Shown here in pieces: positions 1 to 8,382 of a DNA stretch of 43,165 nt. The notes beneath the pieces are model-generated. The model saw only the letters and a program-made list of their open reading frames with translations, ran no database searches and was not told where the DNA came from. The stretch's first letter is position 1, and each line of letters opens with the position of its first letter. The stretch spans positions 1 through 43,165 of the forward strand of contig JASFEA010000009.1 of the NCBI GenBank assembly GCA_050125095.1, read 5' to 3'. Made by a program: the position numbers and the translations under genes. This stretch comes from a bacterium. GTDB lineage: Bacteria > Arandabacterota > Arandabacteria > Arandabacterales > JALGWA01.

Positions 1-2
1 AA

Positions 3-488
3 GAGGGGCGATTTTCGTTTCCCCTGCCCCGGAGCTGGAGTGCTAAGTTCTTCGTAAACAAAGCGGGCTGTTACTTCATACCGGATATGCGGTGGTGCAA
101 GGGAGATCGGGACTATGAGGACCAGGACTTCGTGGCGCACTGCGGAGGCGGAGCCGCAATCAGCGGTTATGTTTGCGACATATTCGGACGCCCGGCGCCC
201 CACGTGCGCTTGGACGTTAAAGGGGAAGGCTATTATCCGCCGCCCTTCGACCGTACCGATTCCACCGGGTACTATGAGTTTACGAACCTGCCCAACGGGC
301 TTGAGCTGACGGTCAGACCTGAGGTTGATTACTCCATTCCCTACGAGGGATGCATACTCTGCCCGTCCGAGAGGGTGTATTACGATGTTGTCAAGGACCT
401 CACGAATCAGAACTTCACGATTTCCTGCCCCTCTCTCCCGGGCGGAGAGCCGGCCCCACTGTGCAATATCAGACCTGACCCCAATTAG
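3..488 (+). CDS. 5'-truncated protein with tandem carboxypeptidase-regulatory-like (prealbumin-like) beta domains
   Basis: Frame is open from position 3 (EGRFSFPLPRSW...) to TAG 486-488. Motifs ISGYVCD...RTDSTGYYEFTNLP...NQNF, with a similar preceding unit ending EDQDF. The last codons come from the repeat at 460-482. Confidence 0.6.
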   Translation, partial: EGRFSFPLPRSWSAKFFVNKAGCYFIPDMRWCKGDRDYEDQDFVAHCGGGAAISGYVCDIFGRPAPHVRLDVKGEGYYPPPFDRTDSTGYYEFTNLPNGLELTVRPEVDYSIPYEGCILCPSERVYYDVVKDLTNQNFTISCPSLPGGEPAPLCNIRPDPN

Positions 489-523
489 GTGTGCATTTCA
501 AGACCTGACCCCAACCTGACCCC
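460..523 (-). repeat. REP-like tandem doublet plus partial third copy (minus strand reads GGGGTCAGGTCTTGAAATGCACA)
   Basis: tgtgcaatatcagacctgacccc 460-482, 7-nt spacer, tgtgcatttcaagacctgacccc 490-512, acctgacccc 514-523. Period is 30 bp. 490-512 is the exact reverse complement of 20120-20142. Confidence 0.9.
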
Positions 524-524
524 A

Positions 525-2087
525 TCAGGCTATCTGGCGGACGCAGTCGATCACGGTGCCGTCCACCCACTTGATGGCGGCGACGACTTTGTCTTCGAAC
601 CCGGGACGGGCCGGCGGTCCGCCCACAATCTTCTCAACGTCGGCCTTGATGTCATGTATCGACCTTATGGGAAGGTCGGAGCCCTTGACGGCGTCTATCA
701 GGTCCCGGCGCGCGGGGTTGATGGCTATGCCCCGCTCGGTTATGACGACGTCGATGAGCTCACCGGGGCCCACGAGCGTCGTGACCTCGTCTACCAACAC
801 GGGGATCCTGTCCCTGAAAGATGGAATGGGGAGGATGGTGCACTTGGAGAAGAGGCAGTTCTGCCACCCGCCGATGCCGTGCAAGAGCAGGCCGTCCGAG
901 TGGGTGACCACATTGGCGTTGAAGTTGACGTCGACTTCGGTGGCTCCCAGCACAACGGCGTCCACCATGGTTCCGAAGAAACCCTTGCCGTTGTAATTGT
1001 AGCTCGTAAACGGGCTCGTCCAGACATGGCCGGGATTCTCCCGCATGGACCTAACGCCCTCGAGGTCGAAAGTCTGGCCGTCTAAGATGTAGTCGGTGAG
1101 GCCCTCTTCCAGCATCTCGACCAGGTACTGGGTGCTGCCGCCGCGCACGAAGCGCGCCTTGACGCCCGCCTCTTTCATCATCTCCTTAAGGTAGATTGCG
1201 AAAGCGAGCGCGGTGCCGCCGGCTCCCGCTTGGAAGGAGAAGCCCTCTTTCATGATGCCGGCGTCGCGCACGAAGCGCGCCGTGAGCTCGGCGATGAGCT
1301 GCCTGTCGGGGCTGCGGGTTATCTGCGTGGTGCCCGACACTATCTTCTCGGGATCGCCTATCCGGTCGACCTGGACCACGTAGTCGACGTAATTGCCCTG
1401 GATCTGCCAGGGAATGCACGGGAATGGAATGAGGTTGTCGGTTACCACGATGACCTTGTCGGCGTATTGCGAGTCGGCGAGCGCGAAGCCCAGCAGCCCG
1501 CACGCCGACGGGCCCGTGAGGGCGTTGGCGTTCCCGAAGGGGTCGGCCGTAGGCGCTGCGATTACGGCGATGTCTATGTGCACCTCGCCGTCCTGCACGG
1601 CCTGGTAGCGCCCGCCATGCGACCTCAAGACGCCCATGCCGCGCATCTTGCCCTCGGAGCAGTACCTTCCCAGAGGCCCGTTCATGCTGCCCTCTATGTG
1701 GTGGATCACGCCGTTGTCCATATGCTCTATGTTCCCGGCCTGGCACGGGAAGGACGCGCTCGGAAACCACATGAGGTCCTTAATGCCCATCTCGGCCGCG
1801 ACATCGAATGTCATGTTGGCGACGAAGTCGCCGTTCCGTAAGTGATGATGCGTGGATATGGTCATGCCGTCCTTGAGGCCGGCTGCCTCGAGCGCGGTGC
1901 GCAGGTCCTTTACCACCTTATTGCCGCTGGCCGGGTAGTCGGCCGCCGAGGCTATCGGGGGAGCCGCCTTGCGGCCGCCGGGCCTGTGCTTGCCGACGCC
2001 CTTGTAAGGCACCTGCTCTTTGCCGTTCACCACCGCGGGGACCTGCCTGCCGGCTGCGTTCTCAACGAGTTCGTATTCGCGTTTCAT
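525..2087 (-). CDS. citF: Citrate lyase alpha subunit-like CoA/ACP transferase
   Basis: 520 aa. Motifs GLKDGMTISTHHHLRNGD, RSHGGRYQAV, SFQAGAGG, LGATEVDVNFNANVVT, GIGGWQN, DVVITERGIAINPAR, WVDGTVID. ATGA overlap with the upstream gene. Confidence 0.92.
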   Translation of the reverse strand: MKREYELVENAAGRQVPAVVNGKEQVPYKGVGKHRPGGRKAAPPIASAADYPASGNKVVKDLRTALEAAGLKDGMTISTHHHLRNGDFVANMTFDVAAEMGIKDLMWFPSASFPCQAGNIEHMDNGVIHHIEGSMNGPLGRYCSEGKMRGMGVLRSHGGRYQAVQDGEVHIDIAVIAAPTADPFGNANALTGPSACGLLGFALADSQYADKVIVVTDNLIPFPCIPWQIQGNYVDYVVQVDRIGDPEKIVSGTTQITRSPDRQLIAELTARFVRDAGIMKEGFSFQAGAGGTALAFAIYLKEMMKEAGVKARFVRGGSTQYLVEMLEEGLTDYILDGQTFDLEGVRSMRENPGHVWTSPFTSYNYNGKGFFGTMVDAVVLGATEVDVNFNANVVTHSDGLLLHGIGGWQNCLFSKCTILPIPSFRDRIPVLVDEVTTLVGPGELIDVVITERGIAINPARRDLIDAVKGSDLPIRSIHDIKADVEKIVGGPPARPGFEDKVVAAIKWVDGTVIDCVRQIA

Positions 2088-3295
2088 TCCGAGTCCCTCC
2101 AGTCGGCATTGAGAACCCCCGTGGCGATGGCCATGTCAACCGTGTGGAGCGCGCGCTTCACGACGGGCGGGTCGATCATCTTGCTTCCGAGGGATACCAC
2201 CCCGAGGCCCTTCTTCTCGGCCTCTTCGAAAGCCAGCACTATCTTTTTCGCCCTCTCGACCTCGGCCTCCTCCGGGGCGAAGGCCTCGTGAATCACGCGG
2301 ATCTGGCGCGGGTGTATGCATCCCTTGCCGTCGAAGCCCAGCGACTTGGCTTCGATGACGCTCTTCCTGAGTCCCGCCATGTCGCTGACGTCGCTGAATA
2401 CCGTATCTATGGGCTGGAGCCCCGCCGCGCGGGCGGCGTTTACCACGGCGCTGCGTGCCCAGAAGCTCTCGCGCCCCTCGGGCGTGCGCCGGGTTCCTAT
2501 GTCGGCGGTGTAGTCCTCGAGCCCTATGGTGAGAGCCACGTTATTGGGAGAGGCGGAGGCGATTTCGTAGGCGTTTATGGCGCCCAGGCCCGACTCGATG
2601 ATGGGCATGAGATAGACCTCGTTAGCTACGCCGCGTTCTTTCCTTACGGTCTGAACCTTCTCGTCGATGGCCTTGACCTCGTCTCCTGTCTCGCACTTGG
2701 GAATGAGTATGATATGCACATTATGCGGCACGACGCTCTCGAGGTCCTCCAGCGCGAGCTCCCCCTGGTTGATGCGCACCATGCGCTCCGAGCCGAAGAA
2801 GTCGATCTGCCTCAGGGCGTTTCGCACGAGTATCCGGGCAGCGTCCTTCTCGGAAGGGTGGACGCTGTCCTCGAGATCGAGGATGACGCCATCGGGCTTG
2901 TGAAGCCCGGCATTGACCATGAAACGGGTCTCATTCCCGGGAAGGTAGAGCCGCGAGCGGCGCATGCGGTGGCGGTCGGTGCCATAGGTGCACCCGGACT
3001 GCATCTCCGGCAGAAACTCGCGCGTCTCGGACGGGTTCGCGCGCTTTACGGCTATCTCCAGCCTCGCCATTACCGTAAAGGGAAGCGCTCCCTGGTCCTC
3101 GACCTCGACGGCGGCATGCTCGATGCCGTAGAACCTGAGGCCGTCCTTGACGATATCGATGATGGACTGGCCGTACATGGACTCGACCTTGGACTTCATG
3201 GCTATTTCCACGCCACCCGAGTCCCTCGTCTCGATGCCGATGTAGCAGTCGGACCTTACGCCCTCACCGCGTCTCCCGCCTCTGCCCTCAGGCAT
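2084..3295 (-). CDS. citE: CitD (acyl-carrier gamma subunit)-CitE (citryl-CoA lyase beta subunit) fusion
   Basis: N-terminal ~90 aa resemble CitD (RSDCYI...SKVESMYG...VEDQGALPFTVMARLEIAVKRA). C-terminal CitE motifs RRSRLYLPG, LDLEDSV, RIN, IES, GLEDYTADIG, GKGCIHPRQI, MIDPPV. Confidence 0.9.
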   Translation of the reverse strand: MPEGRGGRRGEGVRSDCYIGIETRDSGGVEIAMKSKVESMYGQSIIDIVKDGLRFYGIEHAAVEVEDQGALPFTVMARLEIAVKRANPSETREFLPEMQSGCTYGTDRHRMRRSRLYLPGNETRFMVNAGLHKPDGVILDLEDSVHPSEKDAARILVRNALRQIDFFGSERMVRINQGELALEDLESVVPHNVHIILIPKCETGDEVKAIDEKVQTVRKERGVANEVYLMPIIESGLGAINAYEIASASPNNVALTIGLEDYTADIGTRRTPEGRESFWARSAVVNAARAAGLQPIDTVFSDVSDMAGLRKSVIEAKSLGFDGKGCIHPRQIRVIHEAFAPEEAEVERAKKIVLAFEEAEKKGLGVVSLGSKMIDPPVVKRALHTVDMAIATGVLNADWRDSE

Positions 3296-3785
3296 CGCCC
3301 ACCGTCCTTTCTTTGAGCTCTTTCCTGACGTAATTCAGAAGGCCGCCGGCGTCCCGGATCGCGAGTATCTCCGCTGGGAGCCCGGGGAAGGTGAACTCCT
3401 TGCCACCCACCTTCACCGTGCCCGCCTCGGGATCGACGTCGACTTCGTCGCCCTCCTTATAGGCGTCCACTGCGTCCGGGCACTCGATCAGGATCAGCCC
3501 CTGGTTGATGGCCGAGCGGTAGAATATGCGCGCGAAGCTCCGCGCTATCACGGCCTTGATGCCGAGCGCCTTGAGGCCCACGGTGGGCTGCTCCCTGGAG
3601 CTGCCGCAACCGAAATTGTCCCCCGCCAGAATGACGTCACCTTCGCCGGCCCTGCCGGCGAAGTCGGGGTCGAGGTCCTCGAAGAGATGGGGGATGATCT
3701 CCTCGGGCGTGCTCGCCGTATATGTGTACTTGCCCGGAAACAGCATGTCGGTGTTGATGCTGTCGCCGTATTTCCAAACGTTCAT
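3288..3785 (-). CDS. LeuD/HacB-type aconitase-family small (swivel) subunit
   Basis: VWKYGDSINTDMLFPGKY, NFGCGSSREQ, ARSFARIFYRSAINQG, GGLLNY. Confidence 0.9.
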   Translation of the reverse strand: MNVWKYGDSINTDMLFPGKYTYTASTPEEIIPHLFEDLDPDFAGRAGEGDVILAGDNFGCGSSREQPTVGLKALGIKAVIARSFARIFYRSAINQGLILIECPDAVDAYKEGDEVDVDPEAGTVKVGGKEFTFPGLPAEILAIRDAGGLLNYVRKELKERTVGDA

Positions 3786-3827
3786 TTCACACCGCCTTGT
3801 ATTGAATTGAGTGCATTATATACCCGA

Positions 3828-5087
3828 TCACGCGAATTCCGTCGGGTCTACGATTTTCCCTTCAAGCGCGCTGGCCGCGACGGTCGCGGGGCTCGCCAGA
3901 TATATCTCTGCGTCCTTGCAGCCCATGCGCCCCTTGAAGTTCCTGTTGGCCGTGCTCAGGCAAGTCTCACCCGGCGCCAGCACGCCCTGATGCGCGCCCA
4001 GGCAGGGTCCGCAGCCGGGCGGGAGAATGGTGGCGCCGGAGTCTATGAGCATGGGTATGGTGCCGTCGTTGACCGCTGCCAGAAGAATGTCCCTGCTGGC
4101 CGGCAGTACGAGAAGCCTCGAGCCCGGGCTCACATGCTTGCCGCGGAGCACCCGGGCCGCGACCTGGAGGTCGCCGAGCCGCCCGTTGGTGCACGTCCCG
4201 ATGAGAAACTGGTCTATCTGTACGTCGCCGAGCTCGGCGGCCGGGGCGACGTTGTCCACCTTATGAGGCTTTGCGACGACCGGGACTATCTCGGAGAGGT
4301 CATAGGTAAGCGTCTCGACGTACTCGGCGTCGTCGTCGGCCCAAACGGCCTCCCATTTGCCCACGGCGCCGATGCTCTCAAGGTATTTTTCGGTAACGCC
4401 GTCAACCGGGAACACCGCGTTCTTGGCGCCCATCTCGACTCCCATATTGGCGATCGTCATGCGGCTCTCGAAATCCAGAGCGGCCACGTTGCCGTGAAAC
4501 TCGACGGACATGTAGTTCGCGCCGCTCGAGCTCATGTCGCCTATTATGGTGAGCACCAGGTCCTTGGCCGAGACCGGGGGCCTGAGCTCGCCTTCGAGCA
4601 CTATCTTCATCGACAGCGGTACCTTAAACCAGCTCTTGCCGGTAAGCATTATTGCGGCCGCCTCCGTCCTGTCTATCCCGGTCGCGAAGGCGCCCACGGC
4701 CCCGTATGTACAAGTATGCGAGTCGCTTCCCACGATGAGGTCTCCCGGGAGGGCGTGCCCTTTAGCTATGAGCACCTCGTGGCAGATGCCCTCGCCGACG
4801 TCGTAGAAGTTCTTTATGCCGAACTTCTTCACGAACTCCCTTATTTTCTTGTGATTGGTCGCCGTCTTCTCGCTCGCCGCCGGGACCACGTGGTCTATTA
4901 CTATGACGGGAACGTCGGCGCTGGCCACGCCATAGGCGTCGAGATCGTCTCCGATCTTACCTATTATGGCCGCGGTGTTGTCATGCGTGAGAAGATGGTC
5001 GGGGCGCACCGTGACTATCTGGGTGGCCTCTACGCTGTCACGCCCGCTCTTTATGGCGAGCACTTTCTCTGCGAATGTCTTTCCCAT
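3828..5087 (-). CDS. LeuC/HacA-type aconitase-family large subunit (4Fe-4S)
   Basis: MGKTFAEKVL, THDNT, IDHVVP, GICHEV, GSDSHTCTYG, IGTCTNGR, PGCGPCLG, STANRNFKGRMG, YLASP. All canonical motifs are present. Confidence 0.92.
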   Translation of the reverse strand: MGKTFAEKVLAIKSGRDSVEATQIVTVRPDHLLTHDNTAAIIGKIGDDLDAYGVASADVPVIVIDHVVPAASEKTATNHKKIREFVKKFGIKNFYDVGEGICHEVLIAKGHALPGDLIVGSDSHTCTYGAVGAFATGIDRTEAAAIMLTGKSWFKVPLSMKIVLEGELRPPVSAKDLVLTIIGDMSSSGANYMSVEFHGNVAALDFESRMTIANMGVEMGAKNAVFPVDGVTEKYLESIGAVGKWEAVWADDDAEYVETLTYDLSEIVPVVAKPHKVDNVAPAAELGDVQIDQFLIGTCTNGRLGDLQVAARVLRGKHVSPGSRLLVLPASRDILLAAVNDGTIPMLIDSGATILPPGCGPCLGAHQGVLAPGETCLSTANRNFKGRMGCKDAEIYLASPATVAASALEGKIVDPTEFA

Positions 5088-5098
5088 GGTTATGCCCT

Positions 5099-6940
5099 CT
5101 ACTTGTTAAGAAGACCGCCGCGCCGGTAGATGTCCAGCTGGACCCGGGAGAAGGGCCTGACCTCGGCCTTCGCGCCGGTGGCCTCTTTGGTGACTTCTCC
5201 CTTCACGAAGTCCACGCTTATTATGTCGCCGTCCTTTAGATCGAGCGCGGACAGGCCTCCCACGACGATGGGCAGCGCGGCGTTGATGGCGTTCCTCTCG
5301 TAGATCGCGCCGAATGATTTGGCGATAACCGCGCTGACGCCCAGGCTCTTGAAGCAGTCCACTGCGTGCTGTCTCGACGAGCCGGCGCCGAAGTTCTCGC
5401 CGGTTACGACTATGTCGCCCGCCTGCACCTTCTTGGGGAAGTCCTCCCAGCCGGAGAGATTGCCGAAGCAGTGCTGCCCCATCTCGTCGATATCGGTTAC
5501 GGCGAGATGCCTGTTGTGATAGATCATGTCGGTGTCTATGTTGTCTTCGCCGACCATCCACACGCGGCCCTTGACCGTGGTGGGAGGGCCGGCCTTGGGC
5601 GGATAGGCCTTTGCTTTCTGCGCCGCGGCTTTCCGGGCGCCGCCTCCCGCCGCGGGCGCCTTCTCCGCGCCCGCCTCGGTCCGCGGCTCGATGCCCGCGT
5701 CCATTCTATCGGGCGCGACGATCATACCAGCAACTGCCGAGGCGGCGACCACGGCCGGCGAAGCGAGATATACATGTCCCTGCCCCTGCTTGCCGGGGAA
5801 GTTGCGGTTACCCGTGCTGACGGTCACTTCGCCCGGGCCGTTCTGCCCCACCTGGCCGGCCGCGCATCCCGCGCATCCCGCGTTGCCCAGCAGGGCGCCG
5901 GCCTTCTTGAAGGTCTCCACGATACCCTCCTCGAGACAGCGCTTCCAGATGCTGTCGGTCGCGGGGACTATCTTGAGTACGACGCCCGGAGCGACCGTGC
6001 GGCCGCTTAAGATCTCCGCGGCCATCTTCATGTCCTCATAGCGGCCGTCGGTGCATGAGCCGATAAAGGCCGAGTCGATCCTCGTACCCTCGACCTCGCT
6101 TACCGGCACCGCTTTCTCGGGGTTGCCGGGCAGGGATACCAGAGGCTTAACGCGGCTGATGTCGATGTTTATGTCCTTCTCGTACCGGGCGTCCGGGTCG
6201 GCCTTTACCATCTCATAAGTCTTGCCCGTGATCTCCTTAAGCTCGTCGATGACGGCCCGGTTGGGGGGGAAGAGGATGATGATGCCGCCCATCTCGGTCG
6301 CCATGGAAGCCACCGTGACGCGGTCTGAAACGTTCATCTCCTCCACGGCGTCGCCGTACATCTCGGCCGAATACCCGAGGAGACCTCTTGCGCCCAGGTT
6401 CCTTAAGAGCTCGAGCGTGATGTCCTTCGCCGTCACGCCCTTGGGGGCCTTGCCGCCCAGGAAGATGCGGACGGACGGGGGCACGCGGAACCATACTTTA
6501 CCCGCCGCGAAGGCGTACGCAATGTCCTGGTCGCCCATGCCCTGGCCGAAGGCGCCGATGGAGCCCAGGATATTGGCGTGCGAGTCGGTCGATACGAGGG
6601 TGCCGCCGCATCCTACAAGGCCCTCGTCTATGGCTATGTGCGTTCCTATTCCCGCGTCGATGTCGTATACCTTGATGCCGCTGGCGCGCGCGAACTGCCT
6701 TATGCGCTGCTGGTTCGCGGCGTATCTCTGGTCTGAGCCGGTGGGATTGCAGTCCAGGGTAAAGAAGGTGCGGCTCGCGTCGTCTATTCCCAGGCCGTTT
6801 TCCTCGATGTTTTTGACCACGTTGGCGCCTCCGAAATCGCGCGCCAGCCTGGCGTCGATCCTCATGTCCACTATGTCGCCCGGTTTGCAACTGGAATCCG
6901 TATGCGCCGATATTATCTTCTCGATCAGGGTAAGCCCCAT
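5099..6940 (-). CDS. Fused large+small subunit aconitase-family hydro-lyase with divergent active site
   Basis: LeuC-like part (TDSHAN, IGSCTDGR, AGCAGCAAG, STGNRNFPGKQG), an Ala/Lys/Pro linker, then a LeuD-like part (DNIDTDMIY, NFGAGSSRQHA, AKSFGAIYERNAIN). Confidence 0.88.
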   Translation of the reverse strand: MGLTLIEKIISAHTDSSCKPGDIVDMRIDARLARDFGGANVVKNIEENGLGIDDASRTFFTLDCNPTGSDQRYAANQQRIRQFARASGIKVYDIDAGIGTHIAIDEGLVGCGGTLVSTDSHANILGSIGAFGQGMGDQDIAYAFAAGKVWFRVPPSVRIFLGGKAPKGVTAKDITLELLRNLGARGLLGYSAEMYGDAVEEMNVSDRVTVASMATEMGGIIILFPPNRAVIDELKEITGKTYEMVKADPDARYEKDINIDISRVKPLVSLPGNPEKAVPVSEVEGTRIDSAFIGSCTDGRYEDMKMAAEILSGRTVAPGVVLKIVPATDSIWKRCLEEGIVETFKKAGALLGNAGCAGCAAGQVGQNGPGEVTVSTGNRNFPGKQGQGHVYLASPAVVAASAVAGMIVAPDRMDAGIEPRTEAGAEKAPAAGGGARKAAAQKAKAYPPKAGPPTTVKGRVWMVGEDNIDTDMIYHNRHLAVTDIDEMGQHCFGNLSGWEDFPKKVQAGDIVVTGENFGAGSSRQHAVDCFKSLGVSAVIAKSFGAIYERNAINAALPIVVGGLSALDLKDGDIISVDFVKGEVTKEATGAKAEVRPFSRVQLDIYRRGGLLNK

Positions 6941-7015
6941 CTCAACCTCCCGCGGAACCGGCTCTGCGCCGGCTCCCGTGCTCTTTAACCACTCATGTCC
7001 CTCCGGCCAGCCGGC

Positions 7016-8203
7016 TCACTTAAGATTGGCGATAACTGCGTCGGTGACCTGCGTCGTGGTCGCCGCGCCCTTCTTGATGACGTCGGGGCCGCCGGGGAGC
7101 TTCATCATGTCGTATGTTCTGACCTCGCCCTGCTCGATCACCGCGGCGATGGCGCCGCGAATCCTGTTTGCCCTGTCCGCCTCTCCTATATGGTCGAGCA
7201 TCAGGCAGGCGCTCAAAATCATGGCCATGGGGTTTACAATAGGCGGGTCGAGGGCCTCGTACTTGGGAGCCGAACCGTGCGTGGGCTCGAATATGGCGCA
7301 TGTCTCGCCGATATTTGCGCTGCACGCGAAGCCGAGCCCGCCAACGAGGCCGGCGAAGCCGTCGGATACGATGTCGCCGAACATATTGCCGCTCACGATG
7401 GCCCCGTAGTCCTCCGGGTTCTTGGTAAGCCACATCATCTGGGCGTCTATGTTGGTGTTCCAGAGCTCTATTTCGGGGTAGTCCTTCTGTATGGTTCTGC
7501 CCGTCTCGAGCATCATGCCGGAAGTCTCGCGTATGACGTTGGGCTTCTCGCATACGGTCACCGACTTGTAGCCCTTCTTTCTGGCGTATTCGAAAGCCGC
7601 GGTGACGATTCTGCGGCAGGCTTTGCGCGTGAATATGCGCGTCGATACAGCAAGGTCCTCGCCCGGCGTGTCCTTGAAGGCCGCCATCTTGGGATGCGTC
7701 TCGAGAGCTTTCCTCACCTCCGGCGGCGGGTTGGTCCACTCGACGCCGGCGTAGAGGCCTTCCGTGTTCTGGCGGAATATGGCCACGTCGACCATGGGCT
7801 CTTCTATGCCGCCGTCGGCGCCTCTTCTTATGAAGTTCAAGGGATTGCCCTTGAACGCCCGGCACGGCCTCAGGCAAATGTCGAGGTTGAAGTGCTGCCT
7901 CAGGCCCACGATGGGGCTGTAATAAACGTAGCCCTTGTCCTTAAGTCCGGGTGCCAGCTCCTTGGCCGCCTCCGTCTTGGGCTTGGATGTGATGGCCCCG
8001 AAGAGCCCCAGGCGGTGCTCGGCCAGCACGTCCAGCGTTCTCTGGGGCAGGGGATTGCCCTCTTTTACCCAGAACTCCCAGCCGATGTCGGCATGGATGT
8101 ACTCGGCTTCGAATCCAACGGCATCGAGAACTCTTATCGCCTCGGGGAGAACCACCTTGCCGATGCCGTCACCTGGCATGGACACTACCTTACGACCGGG
8201 CAT
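7016..8203 (-). CDS. Isocitrate/isopropylmalate/homoisocitrate dehydrogenase family enzyme
   Basis: PGDGIG, GLFGAITSKP, YSPIVGLRQ...LRP, RQNTEGLY, KPNVI, NIDA, NMFGDIVSD, FEPTHGSAPKY, NPMAMILS. SD GGAGG upstream. Confidence 0.92.
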   Translation of the reverse strand: MPGRKVVSMPGDGIGKVVLPEAIRVLDAVGFEAEYIHADIGWEFWVKEGNPLPQRTLDVLAEHRLGLFGAITSKPKTEAAKELAPGLKDKGYVYYSPIVGLRQHFNLDICLRPCRAFKGNPLNFIRRGADGGIEEPMVDVAIFRQNTEGLYAGVEWTNPPPEVRKALETHPKMAAFKDTPGEDLAVSTRIFTRKACRRIVTAAFEYARKKGYKSVTVCEKPNVIRETSGMMLETGRTIQKDYPEIELWNTNIDAQMMWLTKNPEDYGAIVSGNMFGDIVSDGFAGLVGGLGFACSANIGETCAIFEPTHGSAPKYEALDPPIVNPMAMILSACLMLDHIGEADRANRIRGAIAAVIEQGEVRTYDMMKLPGGPDVIKKGAATTTQVTDAVIANLK

Positions 8204-8313
8204 AGCACTACCTCCGAATGAAAGGGCTTAGTTGAGACCCAGGTTGAAATCCCACGCCGCATGAGGGTGGGTCCGACCCCCAACGCCGGGGCCGGCTAAC
8301 CTTGAACCACTCT

Positions 8314-8341
8314 ATTCTATAGTAGTATTATTTGGTGTCAA
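8314..8341 (-). promoter_or_regulatory. Sigma70-type promoter for the dehydrogenase/aconitase/lyase operon
   Basis: Minus strand TTGACA (8341-8336), 16 nt, TAGAAT (8319-8314), in an AT-rich patch about 110 nt upstream of the start at 8203. Confidence 0.6.
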
Positions 8342-8382
8342 GCCATCTCGGCCCGATTTCTTCCATATGGAGGAGGATTCTC

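Noticed and set aside
3288-8203. Ordinary leuBCD leucine operon
   Set aside because: No leuA or ilv genes. The dehydrogenase has SPIVGLR and APKY rather than IPMDH-type motifs, there are two hydro-lyases, and the genes are coupled to citDE/citF. leu symbols were therefore not assigned.
8204-8310. Riboswitch in the ~100-nt leader of the lyase/aconitase operon
   Set aside because: Only short GC stems are visible, with no recognisable aptamer or terminator. An Rfam scan would be needed.
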